NCBI GenBank assembly: GCA_964036045.1
Contig: OZ038379.1
Location: forward strand, 56,420,001 to 56,484,000
Direction: 5' to 3'
DNA: 64,000 nt
DNA from: Eutreptiella sp. 'Long Island Sound 2002'
Taxonomy: Eukaryota > Protista > Euglenida
The notes under the pieces are model-generated. The model searched no databases. It saw nothing but the letters and a program-made list of their open reading frames with translations, and was not told the DNA's origin. Shown one piece after another: positions 33,207 to 43,900 of this stretch; positions within the stretch are counted from its first letter, which is position 1, and each line of letters starts with the position of its first letter. The translations under genes were made by a program, and so were the position numbers.

Positions 33207-36200
33207 TCAGTGCACGGGAGCGGCTGCCGGCGTGAGGGCCCATCGCTGGGCCACACCGGCTGTGGTGTACAGCCACAAGGGCCCGCAGGCATAGGGTGTC
33301 ATGGGCGCTGGCAGGGGCAGGGCGCCGTCACCCGGAGGCATAGCCGTAAGCAAGGCCACGCCAGCCCACGAGGGACGCGCTTCCGCCTCTGCGAGCAGGG
33401 CAAGCGCCCAGCACTCGGCCGCAGGCGGACATATAATGAGCAGCACCGGTGGTCCCGGGTGCCAGCTGGGCTCTACTGGGAGTGCCATATGTAGGGACCC
33501 AGCACTGCACACCTGCCAGGACGCGAGCCCCCGCACCAAGTACGACGCCGCCAGGGTGTAGGACCACGGCACGTATACCTGGGGGTCCTGTCCGGTGACA
33601 GCTGGGGGTTGCGGGGGGGGCCGGTCTGGAGGGCTGTGCGGGCATGGCAGCGCAGCCCACAGGGCATAAACGTCTGCAAAGGACAGGGGAGGTAGGGCCA
33701 GGGTACTTACGACTGCCTTAGTGGCACGGTGCCGGGCCGCGGGCGTCAGGCCGGACGGGCTCGCGCTGGACGACCTGTACCAGAGACCAGAGAGGGTGAG
33801 CGTGTCGCAGTTGATGGCGTCCTCTGTGAAGTGGGCGTCCCACGTGCACTGCAGCTGCGGCCGGCGGCGGACATCCCGCAGGACCCCGTCGACGGTGAGT
33901 GTGGCTCCAGGGGTTGGGGACACGTGGCTGAGGAGGAGGGCTTGAGCGTGAAGCAGGTGGAGGAAAGCGGCTGGGCAGCGGCTGCAGACGTGCTGCCAGA
34001 GTTGACGTTCTGCGATGCCACAGAAGTGGCACTCCATCGGGATGCCCGGTTCTGGGGGGTGCTGCCACTCGAGCGCGCGGTAGGCGAATGCACGCTTGAT
34101 GGCACGCGTGGGCAGTGCGTCCGACTCGAGGAGGTCATAGAAGACGGTGCCGTCGGGGCGCCAAAGGCGGGACCGGCGGCCGGCGTAGTAGGCAGCCGCG
34201 GTGGCGTCTTCGTACGCCTGGTCGAGGCCGAGCTGAGGTTCCAGCAGCAGGGCACCCTGGTAATGCAGGACCAGGGCCCCTTGGAGGTGTTGCGGGAGGG
34301 GTACGGCCCACGGGGTGGGTGTGGAGGCTCCACGGGCGGCGAGGTCGTGCGCCTCCTTGTTGAGGAGGGCCAGCAAGTGCTGGTCCTGGGTGTCATGCTG
34401 GGCCGGGACCCACAGCTCACAGTGCTGGCGGAGGCCCAGCAGGTTGAGGCAGAGGCGACGCCACAAAAGCTCCAGGACTGTAAGCTTGGGTGGGAACCGG
34501 GTGCAGCCACGGAGCAGGGCGGAGGAGCAGTCCGCTGACGACACCAGGCACCCGTGCCACCCCTGCAGGAGGTGCAGGGCGACGAGGCGGACCAGCCATT
34601 CCGCGCCTGTGGGCGAAGCCCATAAGCGGATGCCATACCAGGCGCGTAGAACTACGCCCACTCCGGGGGCGTAAAAGACGATGCCCCCACCTCCATCGCA
34701 CTGACGGAGGGCCGCGTCGGTGGACAGAACGAGGTGGTGGTAGCGTTGGAGGACGGCGGGATCGGAGTCGTAGAGCACGGGCATGGCGGCTGTCGTGGCG
34801 TCGGGCAGGAGGGCGATCTGCACGGACAGCTGCAGGGCTGCCTCTCTGAGGGGCTGCGACTCACTGCCGGGGACGGAGGCCTGAGAGAGGTACTGGGCAG
34901 AGTGCTGTGCCAGGAGGTTGCGGGAGCAGGTAGCCTGTGTGTAGGTGAGAAGGAGGCGGCATGCTGAGCGAAGGGGCAGGTGCGGGCAGCCCGGGCCCCC
35001 GTAACGGGGGGCCAAGGACATGAGGGCCCGGGACGTCCAGCAGGGCAGGCCGAGGACTTGGCGGTAGAGCGCGCGGGCCTGCACTGACGCCTCAGCGACA
35101 TGGCCAGGGGGTACCGCTACCCCTGAGGCGACGTAGTCCAGCTGGGAGAGGATGAAGGCCCAGAGTGAGCGGAGCGCCAGGATGGTAGTGGCGGGGTTGG
35201 AGTCCAAGCGGCGGCGCATGCGGGCTATCTGCTTGGCCAGGTCGGCATACACACCCGGGGGGCGCAGGGCGTGGGAGAGTGGGATGCCCACCACCTGGGG
35301 GCTGTCTGTGGAGGTGGACGTGAGGTAGTGGGGCACCTGGGTCTGCTGCAGGCGGAGGGCGGATCCATCGAGGTCGAGGGCGAAAAAGCGGAGTTTGTCC
35401 ATGTGGACGAGGCCACCTTTGGCGACGGTAGCCCTGGTGCAGAGGCGAGTCAGGTCGACCAGCGAGGTGAGCGTGGGCCGCACGAGACGGCGGTCGTCGG
35501 AGTAGGAGAGGTTGCTGACGGGGACTCCGCTGGGCGTTGGGGGCACGCGGACGTCGTCTGGATGGGGCAGGCTGCCGCTGACCACCAGCTCGCCGACTTG
35601 GTACGTGTCCCCGGACGGGTTGTCGCCCTGGTTCCACCCCTCTTCCGTGACGTACGGCGGGGCGAACCCATCCGCTGTCAGGGGGTGGATGCGCAGGCGA
35701 CCGTAATACTTCATGGCCCAAGGGCCGAAATCCCAGGGCAGTTGTAGGACGCCGTGCAGGGGGGTGCAGTCCTCCCGTTGCTGGCGGAGGAATGCGTCGG
35801 CCGAATCCCAGTCGGTGACGGCGGCTGTACCGTGGGACTCCAGACACGCGAAGACTACCGCGCGGAAGGCCAGCGCCAAAAACGCGGGACGGATGTCGGC
35901 GCGGTAGGCGAAGGTCTCTGTGGTGAGGGTCCCGGAGAGCTCCAGGGACGGCACCAGCATCGCCCGCGCGGCACGGGACTCGGAGCGGGTGAGGGGGGAG
36001 GTGAGGGTTACCGGGCGGTGTGCCTTGAAGAGGTGGGGGAACGGCTTGGACTTGTCGATGCCCATCATGACGGAGTCGAGGGATAGCGAGTCCTGCCCCG
36101 CGTCGACTAGCTGGAGGTGGCGCTGGACACCCTGCACTCCCCCATGCCTGAGGTGATGCAGGAGCGCCTGGGGACACTGGTCCAATCCTGCGAATAGTGA

Positions 36201-38495
36201 CCCGGCCGCTGTCACTGAGGTCCATATGCGGTCGTCGCGGAGCACGGGTCCGTCGGCAACCGCTGCACTGTAGAGGCCCCGGCGGCGACGATCTGCCGGG
36301 TGGATGCCTGCATGCAGCAGGTCGCCCAGGAGCGAGACAGGTAAGTGTGCCACGGGGTCGAAGTAGGGGTCCCACTTGGCTGGGTCGAAGGCGGCTGTGA
36401 GGAAGTCTAGGTCCAAGGTGTGGCCGCGGTGGGCTGTCGTGGCTGCGGCCTGGTTGTGCACCTCCTGAAGCCTGGCCTCCGCTGTGGGGAGCTCCACGCC
36501 CAGGTCTGGCTGGATCCCACTGTAGGGGCGTAGGGGCTTGGAGGGGCGGCAGAGAGCACCTTTGGTTGCGGATGTGATGGAGGTGGCGCGGAGGACTTCG
36601 TCTGGGCGTTCCACTCCGTGGCGCGCCGCGGTGTCGGCCAAGTAATTGCGGAGGTCGGTCAGGTCGGACTCGGTACGAGGGGAATCACGGAGGCGAAGGT
36701 CCCGCAGCACCCAATCCAGGGGTCGAGGGTGGGGGATGAGGTGCCTGGCCGCAGCCCACAGGGACTGCAGGAAGCTGTTGGGGCCCACGGGGTACGAGGC
36801 CAGCCAGCCCCACGTGAGGTCGAGCAGGGCTGCAAGGCGAGGAAGGGTACCTGCTGGAGAGTGGCGCCAACGAATCATGCGCCAGTTGCGGATGTCGGCC
36901 AGGCCTTCCATGGGTTCAACGGTGGCCAAGAGGGGCTTGTGGGGAGTCGGGGAGGGGAGGATGTCCGCATCCGGGACTGAGCGCGCGCCTTTGACGAACA
37001 CGTGGTCAATGCACGTCGCTTTGAGGGCTCCCCGGGAGGAGGAGAAGTGGGTGGGGGCGTCCGGGGGGAAAACCGCGCGGTACCGCACCATGCACCCATC
37101 GCCACGGCAGGCGGCCGCCAAGGGGTGGCGGGAGCAGTCTCGAGACATGTTGAAGTCAGCACCAACCAGCTCCAAGGCCGCTCGCAGGTAGGATGCAAGG
37201 GTAGTGAGGTTGATGAGGACGGCCCTCCGGGCCTTGTAGTCGAGGTCTGGGTGTACGTGGACAGAGGCCAGGAGCATGAACCCCAGGGTGTGATGACGCA
37301 CAGTGGAGACGAGCAGGTCTGGGGCGTCGTACTCCACCCGCGGGGCGGTGGCTGGGTGCTGGAGCGCACGTCGCCAGCCGATCATAAAGCCTGTACCACA
37401 GCCCTCGGCCGTGCTGGTGTGGGAGGCATACAGAGCAGGCAGGGCCTGCAGGAGGGGGGCAAACGACCAGAGTTCCTGGAAGGCAAAGACGTCGACTTCC
37501 AGGGCGAGCAGGACGTGCACCACAAGGTCGACATGGGCTGCGACGCCGCCAATGTTCCAGGAGAGGAACACGAGACCCGCATGGCGGCGTAGGTTGAGGG
37601 GTGAGAAGGTGAGGGATTGGAGGTGGCTGGCCCAGGGGGTGGCCGGAAGGAGGAGGGAGTGGTCTGGTCGGAAGCAGGTGGCGCCTGGACGGACGGGGGC
37701 TGCTGGAACGCCCTGGAGGAGGGGGAGGCCAGGGGGGCGGACAAACGAGCGCTGAGCGATGTCAAGGGTGAGGTGGGTGCGGCCTGGGCAGGGGTGTAAG
37801 CACACGGCGTTGGGGAGTCGGAGGGCAGGGGCATGGTGGAGGATGGAGGCTGATGGAAGCTGGGGGCGGCCGCAGGAGGGGCAGTACCAGGCCGCTATGA
37901 TCACAGGTAAAGGGCAGGCGGGGGTGAGCCACAGGCGGTGGCCCGGGATGCCGTGCTGGGAGGTGTCGTAGTGAGCCCAGGGGTGGGGCCACGGGGTAAG
38001 ATGGGACGGGGAGTCATCGTAGAACCACACGACATACCCGTTGAGGACGAGGGGGATGCTGATGACCGGGTCGGCGTCTTCACGCTGGAGCTGGTGCACG
38101 GCTTGCGTGAGCCAGAGGGCAAAGTCTCGGAGGACGCGAAACTGGAGCTGGGGGGGGAGTCGGGGCTGCTGGGAGGGGGCCCTGGGGGGGGGGAGGGCTG
38201 AGGAGAGGTCGGCGACGAAGGAGGCCTCCGGGGGGCTGAGCAGGGCGTCGGGGGGTGGGGGCAGTTGGACAAAATCACGGCCACTGCACAGAGGGCAGGC
38301 CCACGCGGCAGGTGATCCAGGGGCGATGGTACCGCACTGCCAGCAGACAGCGAGGCACTGGTCGGGAGGCTGCTGGTCTACGGCTAGGGGGCGGCTGAGG
38401 TCGGTGGGCAGGTGGGTAAGGAGGGCGCTGGCTCGCGTGGTTAGCCTGCGGAGGTCTCGGACGCGGGGGTAGGCAACGGCACAGTCGAGGGCCAA
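33207..38495 (-). CDS. LINE ORF2: Cys-rich N-terminus, APE endonuclease, RT, RNase H, zf-RVT (1762 aa, uninterrupted)
   Basis: EN: FLSWNIGG, FAFQEL, GADFN, CIDHVFV, PHKPL. RT: HRPVTL, NQGDNPS, YSDD. RNase H: STDAA, GAEW, ADC, WVPAQH, NKEAHDLA. Zn finger CHFCG..HV..RC. The track start is TTG. Confidence 0.92.
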   Translation of the reverse strand: MALDCAVAYPRVRDLRRLTTRASALLTHLPTDLSRPLAVDQQPPDQCLAVCWQCGTIAPGSPAAWACPLCSGRDFVQLPPPPDALLSPPEASFVADLSSALPPPRAPSQQPRLPPQLQFRVLRDFALWLTQAVHQLQREDADPVISIPLVLNGYVVWFYDDSPSHLTPWPHPWAHYDTSQHGIPGHRLWLTPACPLPVIIAAWYCPSCGRPQLPSASILHHAPALRLPNAVCLHPCPGRTHLTLDIAQRSFVRPPGLPLLQGVPAAPVRPGATCFRPDHSLLLPATPWASHLQSLTFSPLNLRRHAGLVFLSWNIGGVAAHVDLVVHVLLALEVDVFAFQELWSFAPLLQALPALYASHTSTAEGCGTGFMIGWRRALQHPATAPRVEYDAPDLLVSTVRHHTLGFMLLASVHVHPDLDYKARRAVLINLTTLASYLRAALELVGADFNMSRDCSRHPLAAACRGDGCMVRYRAVFPPDAPTHFSSSRGALKATCIDHVFVKGARSVPDADILPSPTPHKPLLATVEPMEGLADIRNWRMIRWRHSPAGTLPRLAALLDLTWGWLASYPVGPNSFLQSLWAAARHLIPHPRPLDWVLRDLRLRDSPRTESDLTDLRNYLADTAARHGVERPDEVLRATSITSATKGALCRPSKPLRPYSGIQPDLGVELPTAEARLQEVHNQAAATTAHRGHTLDLDFLTAAFDPAKWDPYFDPVAHLPVSLLGDLLHAGIHPADRRRRGLYSAAVADGPVLRDDRIWTSVTAAGSLFAGLDQCPQALLHHLRHGGVQGVQRHLQLVDAGQDSLSLDSVMMGIDKSKPFPHLFKAHRPVTLTSPLTRSESRAARAMLVPSLELSGTLTTETFAYRADIRPAFLALAFRAVVFACLESHGTAAVTDWDSADAFLRQQREDCTPLHGVLQLPWDFGPWAMKYYGRLRIHPLTADGFAPPYVTEEGWNQGDNPSGDTYQVGELVVSGSLPHPDDVRVPPTPSGVPVSNLSYSDDRRLVRPTLTSLVDLTRLCTRATVAKGGLVHMDKLRFFALDLDGSALRLQQTQVPHYLTSTSTDSPQVVGIPLSHALRPPGVYADLAKQIARMRRRLDSNPATTILALRSLWAFILSQLDYVASGVAVPPGHVAEASVQARALYRQVLGLPCWTSRALMSLAPRYGGPGCPHLPLRSACRLLLTYTQATCSRNLLAQHSAQYLSQASVPGSESQPLREAALQLSVQIALLPDATTAAMPVLYDSDPAVLQRYHHLVLSTDAALRQCDGGGGIVFYAPGVGVVLRAWYGIRLWASPTGAEWLVRLVALHLLQGWHGCLVSSADCSSALLRGCTRFPPKLTVLELLWRRLCLNLLGLRQHCELWVPAQHDTQDQHLLALLNKEAHDLAARGASTPTPWAVPLPQHLQGALVLHYQGALLLEPQLGLDQAYEDATAAAYYAGRRSRLWRPDGTVFYDLLESDALPTRAIKRAFAYRALEWQHPPEPGIPMECHFCGIAERQLWQHVCSRCPAAFLHLLHAQALLLSHVSPTPGATLTVDGVLRDVRRRPQLQCTWDAHFTEDAINCDTLTLSGLWYRSSSASPSGLTPAARHRATKAVVSTLALPPLSFADVYALWAALPCPHSPPDRPPPQPPAVTGQDPQVYVPWSYTLAASYLVRGLASWQVCSAGSLHMALPVEPSWHPGPPVLLIICPPAAECWALALLAEAEARPSWAGVALLTAMPPGDGALPLPAPMTPYACGPLWLYTTAGVAQRWALTPAAAPVH

Positions 38496-38552
38496 CTGGG
38501 TGAGTGGGGTGGACGGCAGGGCGCCCGGGGGAAGGCAGAGGGGCAGGGACAG

Positions 38553-40552
38553 TCAGTTGACGCGGGATCCATGGTAGGGGGTGATTCGCTGGGAAGTGTG
38601 GGGGGCGTCCCGGGTGTGGGGGAGGGTGCCGTACGCGCGGGGGGCTTGGGCGGAGGCCGAGGGGGCCGCTGTGGCGCTAGTGGTGGTGTGGAAGCCCGGT
38701 GGGGGATGGTCGGGGGGGGGCATCGCATCGAGCTGGCGGCCGGCTCGTCGCGCCTTCGGGCCCTTGAGCTTCTTCTTGGGGGGGGGCTTGATGGGGCTGT
38801 CCGGTAGGTAGAAGGGCTCCCCGCTGGCGGTGCGGGAGTCCAAGGTGATGGTGTAGTGGTGGTGAGGGTCCACATAGGTGCGAGTGGGGGCGCTAGCGAA
38901 GAGGGCCCTGAACTGGTCGGCTGGTACGGACACCAAATGGGAGCCATCTCGGAGGGCGGTGGCGGGAATGGTAACGGGGGCGCCGACATGATGGGTGAGC
39001 GCCGATGAGGCCTGCGTGGCGTCGGGGATGTGGCGGAGGCCGCGGAGGCGTATCACGTGGGGGGCATCTACGAAGGAGGGGGGCAGGAGGCCTGTGGCTT
39101 GAGGACCCGGGGGGAGGGGGGGGGGCGGGTACGGGAGGAGCGCCGCTGGGGAGGGCGGGAGGTGGGGCTGGTGTTGGGGAGTTGGTGCGGGGCCGTGGGG
39201 GGATTGCGGCGGGGGGGGGTAGGAGGCTCTCCGCTCGAACCAAGCATAGGCTGCTGCCGGGCCAGCGGCGGGCTGAAGAGCTGCACGGGTCTCCGTGATG
39301 AGCTGATCGAGGACTGGCGGACGGGTGGCGTTTTGCACCGCTACTGAGATGGCGATGCGAAAGGAGACGGGGTCGCGGACAGCGAGCAAGTGGTCTGTGG
39401 CCTGGGGGGGCACCACTGGGGGACGGGCGGCGAGCAAGGCGGCTGCCGCGGAGGACCAGGTGAGGCCGGGACGGGTGGCAGCCGCTTCGATAAGGGGGTC
39501 AAGGGTCTGCAGGGCTGCGAGCTTGAGGGACTCAATGGCGGCGGAGCCATGCAGGTCCTCTACCGTGGCAATCAAGTCCAGCAGGTTGGCTTGCAGGGAG
39601 GGGCGCAGACTGGTCGGGGAGGCATACCACACCGTTTTGTTGCCGACGCCAGCGACCGCGCATTTTTCACTGCCCGCAGCGTGGTCATGGCGCTCTCTGG
39701 GACTGCCATGTCAGTGCACATCACCCTGATGGACTGCGCGATGTGTTCCGCCTGGTTGTCGGGTGTGTTCGCGAGTCTCTCGATCTCGGCGGAGAAGTCG
39801 GAGGTCGAGGCCAGGGAGCTGGGCTGCGTGAGCATGCGCTTCCACAGGGGTTCCCCGGTGCCCGGGGAGCCTGCCAGCTCTGCCCGCTTCAGTGAGATGC
39901 GCGACAGGATGCCGGGGTAGGAGAGGGTGGGTTTGTGTCTTGTGAGTTCTGCATTCCACTGCTGTACCGTCAGCGGGCCCGGGGAGGGTAAGCGGGTCTC
40001 ATCATGAGGGACAATCTGGCAGCGTATGGATTTCCGGAGGTGGGCCGCGTGCCACGTGATCACCCAGTGTACAAGCGGTACTCTGTCCACGGGGCGCTTG
40101 GGCGACTCATCCGCAGCGAGGAGCATGAGGAACTGGTCGGGGACGGCCGCGCGGAGTGTGTCGCCGAAGGGGGCCACATGAGAAGCCGCGGCTTGTTGCA
40201 GCTGTTGCGCTGCGTCCGGTGGGGCGGCCGCCAGGTAGGACACCAGGTCCCGCATCGCTGCTTGGTAGGTGCCCCAGTGGAAGTTGGCGTCCCGCTGCTG
40301 CAGCGTGGCCACGTCCAGGGGTGGGAGGGCCTCCACCGCGACTGCCCAGAAGAGGCACAGGGCGCCGAGCATGAGGTCGTCGGGGTGAAACGCCTCGACG
40401 GGCGTATTGGACTCATGATGAGTCACTGTAAGCTGCAGCCTGTGGGCGGCGTCGCTCCAGCCAACCGCAGTGGCAGGCCACGCCTCCGCTGGGCGGATAT
40501 CGGCCGCTCGCTGGGCGGGGGACTTGGCGGCGAAGGCATGTCGTGGAGCCAT
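38553..40552 (-). CDS. LINE ORF1 in two overlapping frames (39572-40552 and 38553-~39711), joined by a -1 shift
   Basis: ATG at 40552. The second frame contains an RRM-like VIRLRGLRH...SHLVSV segment and ends in a TGA that is in frame with ORF2. Confidence 0.75.
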
Positions 40553-40635
40553 AGTGCTGTGCCTGGGAGAGCGAGACGGAGGGAGGCGGCGGGGAAGGGG
40601 GTAAAGGGTAGGGTTTGCGAACGGAACCTGAGGGA

Positions 40636-40745
40636 CAGGGCTGAGACGTGGGCTGGGTCTGGGTGAAGATGTCAGGGCAGAACAGGGGGCAGGGCTGAGA
40701 TGCGGGCTGGGTCTGGGTGAAGATGGCAGAGCAGGACAGGGGGCA
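40636..40745. repeat. ~53-bp tandem duplication in the LINE 5' UTR
   Basis: CAGGGCTGAGA.G.GGGCTGGGTCTGGGTGAAGATG.CAG.GCAG.ACAGGGGGCAGG twice. Confidence 0.8.
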
Positions 40746-40949
40746 GGAGGTGCGAGGCGTCGTTCTTTAAGTATCGTGTGATGGCCTTAGGGGCCGGACG
40801 TCGAGGTTGTGGCGCGGGCGTGTGTGGCGGGGCGAGTTCGAGCTGGATGGGGGTAAGAGGAAGGAGCGTCAGGGCACTGGCTGAGGGCAAGGGCTGAGGG
40901 CAGTGCTCAGGATAGGCAGGGGGGGAGGAGGCATATGGTGTCGCTGAGG

Positions 40950-43900
40950 CCCCGGGCCTAGTCGGAGCGCGGCTGTCGACGTACGGTGTCCCGGGGTCGA
41001 CGACGGTGCTGGCGGCGTTCGGCTACGGCGGCCGCTGCGGGCGGTGGTCTGGTCTGTGGCGGCGGCTGCGGCGGGTTGCTGCTGCACTATGGTGTTCGCC
41101 GCCGCCACGGTGTTACCAAGGGAGGCCAGGGCTCGCTACCACCGAGCCATGGCCTGGTCTTTCCCGCGCGTGGGGGGGGGGAGGCGCGTGTGGGGGCGTG
41201 TGTGCATGCTCGTGTGTTGCCTGGTGCTCCAGGCCCCGGCGGGGAGGCTGGGGGAGCCTGACGCTGAGCCCACCGGGGGAGTCTTCGGCCAGGACACGCC
41301 GCCTCCTGGTCGATTGACATGCTGCCGGCTGCCCCACGACTGCTGCAGGCACGGGGGCAGCCCTGCCCGCTACGCGACTGGGGGTGGTCGGCACTCCTTG
41401 ACTGCACGAGGCACAGGTGGTGCTGCACTAGGCTGGACCATCCGCCCACGGTGGCTGGCATTGGCAGGTGGAGGGGCTTCAGGGCGCGCCTAGCGGTGCC
41501 CTGCCCTGAAGCCTGCCCGGGATATCATCCTGGGTGGCGGTGCTACTGTCCGGGTAAGCGGGGGGGCCCGGAGGGCACACCACCCGAGTGACCGCTCCGC
41601 TGGCGGGGGGGGGGGGGGGTTGAACATTGTCAAACGGCACGTCGATACGCGGCAATCCCGGTTGGGGCTTGGGATCAGATGCGGGTTGCTTCCTTTGCGA
41701 AGGGTGCGATGTGATGACTGTGGGGCAAGGTCGGGACACTATACAAGGCTGAGGGGGCTGTCGCATGACCCGCTGGACCTCTCGGCGCGCATGGGCCTCC
41801 GGTGTGCAGGTGTGCCAGGTTGACAGCTGGGGAGCCTGATGCGACCGCCGTCAGGGGGACAACCTGGGGGGCCACTGCCTCCAATACTCCAGCCGGCTGC
41901 GGCAGGATGGGGTGCGTTCATACGCACCTGACCCTGGTGGGCCCACCCTCGTTCCTAGCTGCTTGGTCGCAGAGGAGTACCGGATCCCAGTCCGTACCCC
42001 CGGCGGTGTGCAACGATGCCGGCACCTAGAGCTGCTTCCGGTGTATCCGGCAGTAGAGGGTGCCGCGTCTTGGCCCCGATGTCATGACACCGTGCTTTGC
42101 TGTCGCAGACCATCACAGCGCCATGTAAGCTACTCACGGTTCCGCTGGTGCCGCCGACGGTGTTGCAGCCATGTGTGCCGCTGCCCTTGGGGCTGCAGCG
42201 TTGGTGGCGCGGGCGTGGGAGCGGTACCGGGTGCAGCTGCAGTTGCATGCTGTCCCCGCCCGCCACTGCGAGGTGACCCGGGTGTACCCTTGTGCCGCCG
42301 AGCGCGCGGGCTGGGCGGCGGCCACCTGACCCACCGCCGCCCTGCAGTACCTCCATCCTAGCATCCTCCGGATGGAGGACCTGCTGATGGGGTCGTATGA
42401 GGGGCGGTACCGGCCGCCCCTCAATTCGACTCTCTTGGGGAAGGCCCTTTGGTTGGGCTCGTTGGAGGCCACCAGGGCGGCCGGGAGCTGGGTGCCAAGG
42501 GCTCCACCATTGCAGCAACGCTCGAGTGGCGCTACCCAGCCCCGGCGGTCTGGTTCGTGCGGGCCCCCACCTTCGGCCCCAGGGAGCGCCGGCAGCCCCA
42601 CACGTGGGCGTCGTGGTCCGGGCCGCTGTGGATGGAGGAGACGGGCGCCGTGCCCCGCAACCACCCCAGATGCCACTTCTACGGCCCCCAGGATGCGTTT
42701 TGGCAGTCCTGGTCGGCGGCCGTTGGCGCCTCCCCCCCGCGCCGCCTCGTCTACTTTGAGGGGAAGTGCGCCGCCGCGTGTGTGTGGGAGGTGCCCACAA
42801 CATGGCTGTCGACGAGGGGGCCGGGCCATCAACAAGGTAGGAGGCGGCTAACGCCGTGGCCGCAGGCATGCCCACCGTGACCGACGCGTGGTGGTGTCTC
42901 CTGCCCACCCCCGCCCAGGTGGCGGCCACAGGGGGCAGCCCGCGACGCTGGCCCGCCTGCCAGCCGCCCACCACGCGTTTGCGGCGTACGCCGAGGTTCG
43001 CCGCCTCGCGGGCGGCTTTGAAGAGGGCGCCCTCGCCCGGCTACAGGCCACTGGAGGAGGTCGGGGCCTTGGAGCAGCCGCCGCTTCCGGCGCCCTGCCG
43101 GCGACCCCGCGGGGGGACGTAGCGGACAGGGACGTGGCCGCCCCCGCAGCGGAGACGACCGCGGTGGGCCGCTCAACGCCGCCGGCAACGGTGAGCGGTA
43201 TGCAACGCCAGCCACGAGGTTGCTAGGGGCCTTGCGGCATGGGTACACCGATGGAGCCGAGCCGGGGGGCGGAGCTCGGGGAGAAGGTTGCGTACCGCCG
43301 TTGCTGAAGCCGCGGCCGACGGGGGCAAGGGGGGGGGCGTTCATACTTTCGCGGCCCTGGGGGGCCCAGCCAAATCCCCGACGGGCCTTGGGTGGAGGCG
43401 CCGGGCACCCTGGGGGCGAACCCTGGGCGGGGTGCCTGTGCTGTCAGGGGAGGGTGCATTGCTTGCAAGGGGGTTCCGGCAAGGCGCTGCTAGACTTGGG
43501 GGATGTGGAGCCGCGACTTGGCCCAGGGCGCGAGGGGAGACCCTTGAGGGGGGCCTGCAGGGGGGGGCTAGGGCTGAGGCCAGCTTGGGCACCATGGCGG
43601 CTTGCCAAGATGCTCTCCCTGACCCCGACCCTTGTATGGGCCGTGACCTTGACCCGGAGCATGACTGTCTCCACAAGAGGGCCGGCTGCACCACCGGGCT
43701 TGGCGCTAGCTCTGGCGCTGTCACTGCACCGGTCGCAGCGGTGGCGTTGTGAAGCCCATCGGGGACCGATAGCCCCGGCAGAGGTTCAGTCTTGCTAGGC
43801 CTTGCAACCGGACATTCGGAGGTGCCCGGTGTGGCGCCAACACACACGGGGGTTCTGCAGGGCTCCTACAGTTGGCGCCCCGCGCTCAGGGTGGCTCAAA

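Noticed and set aside
40860-40920. ingi/L1Tc Pr77 HDV-like ribozyme at the LINE 5' end
   Set aside because: Only a short CTCAGCC resemblance; the rest of the signature is absent.
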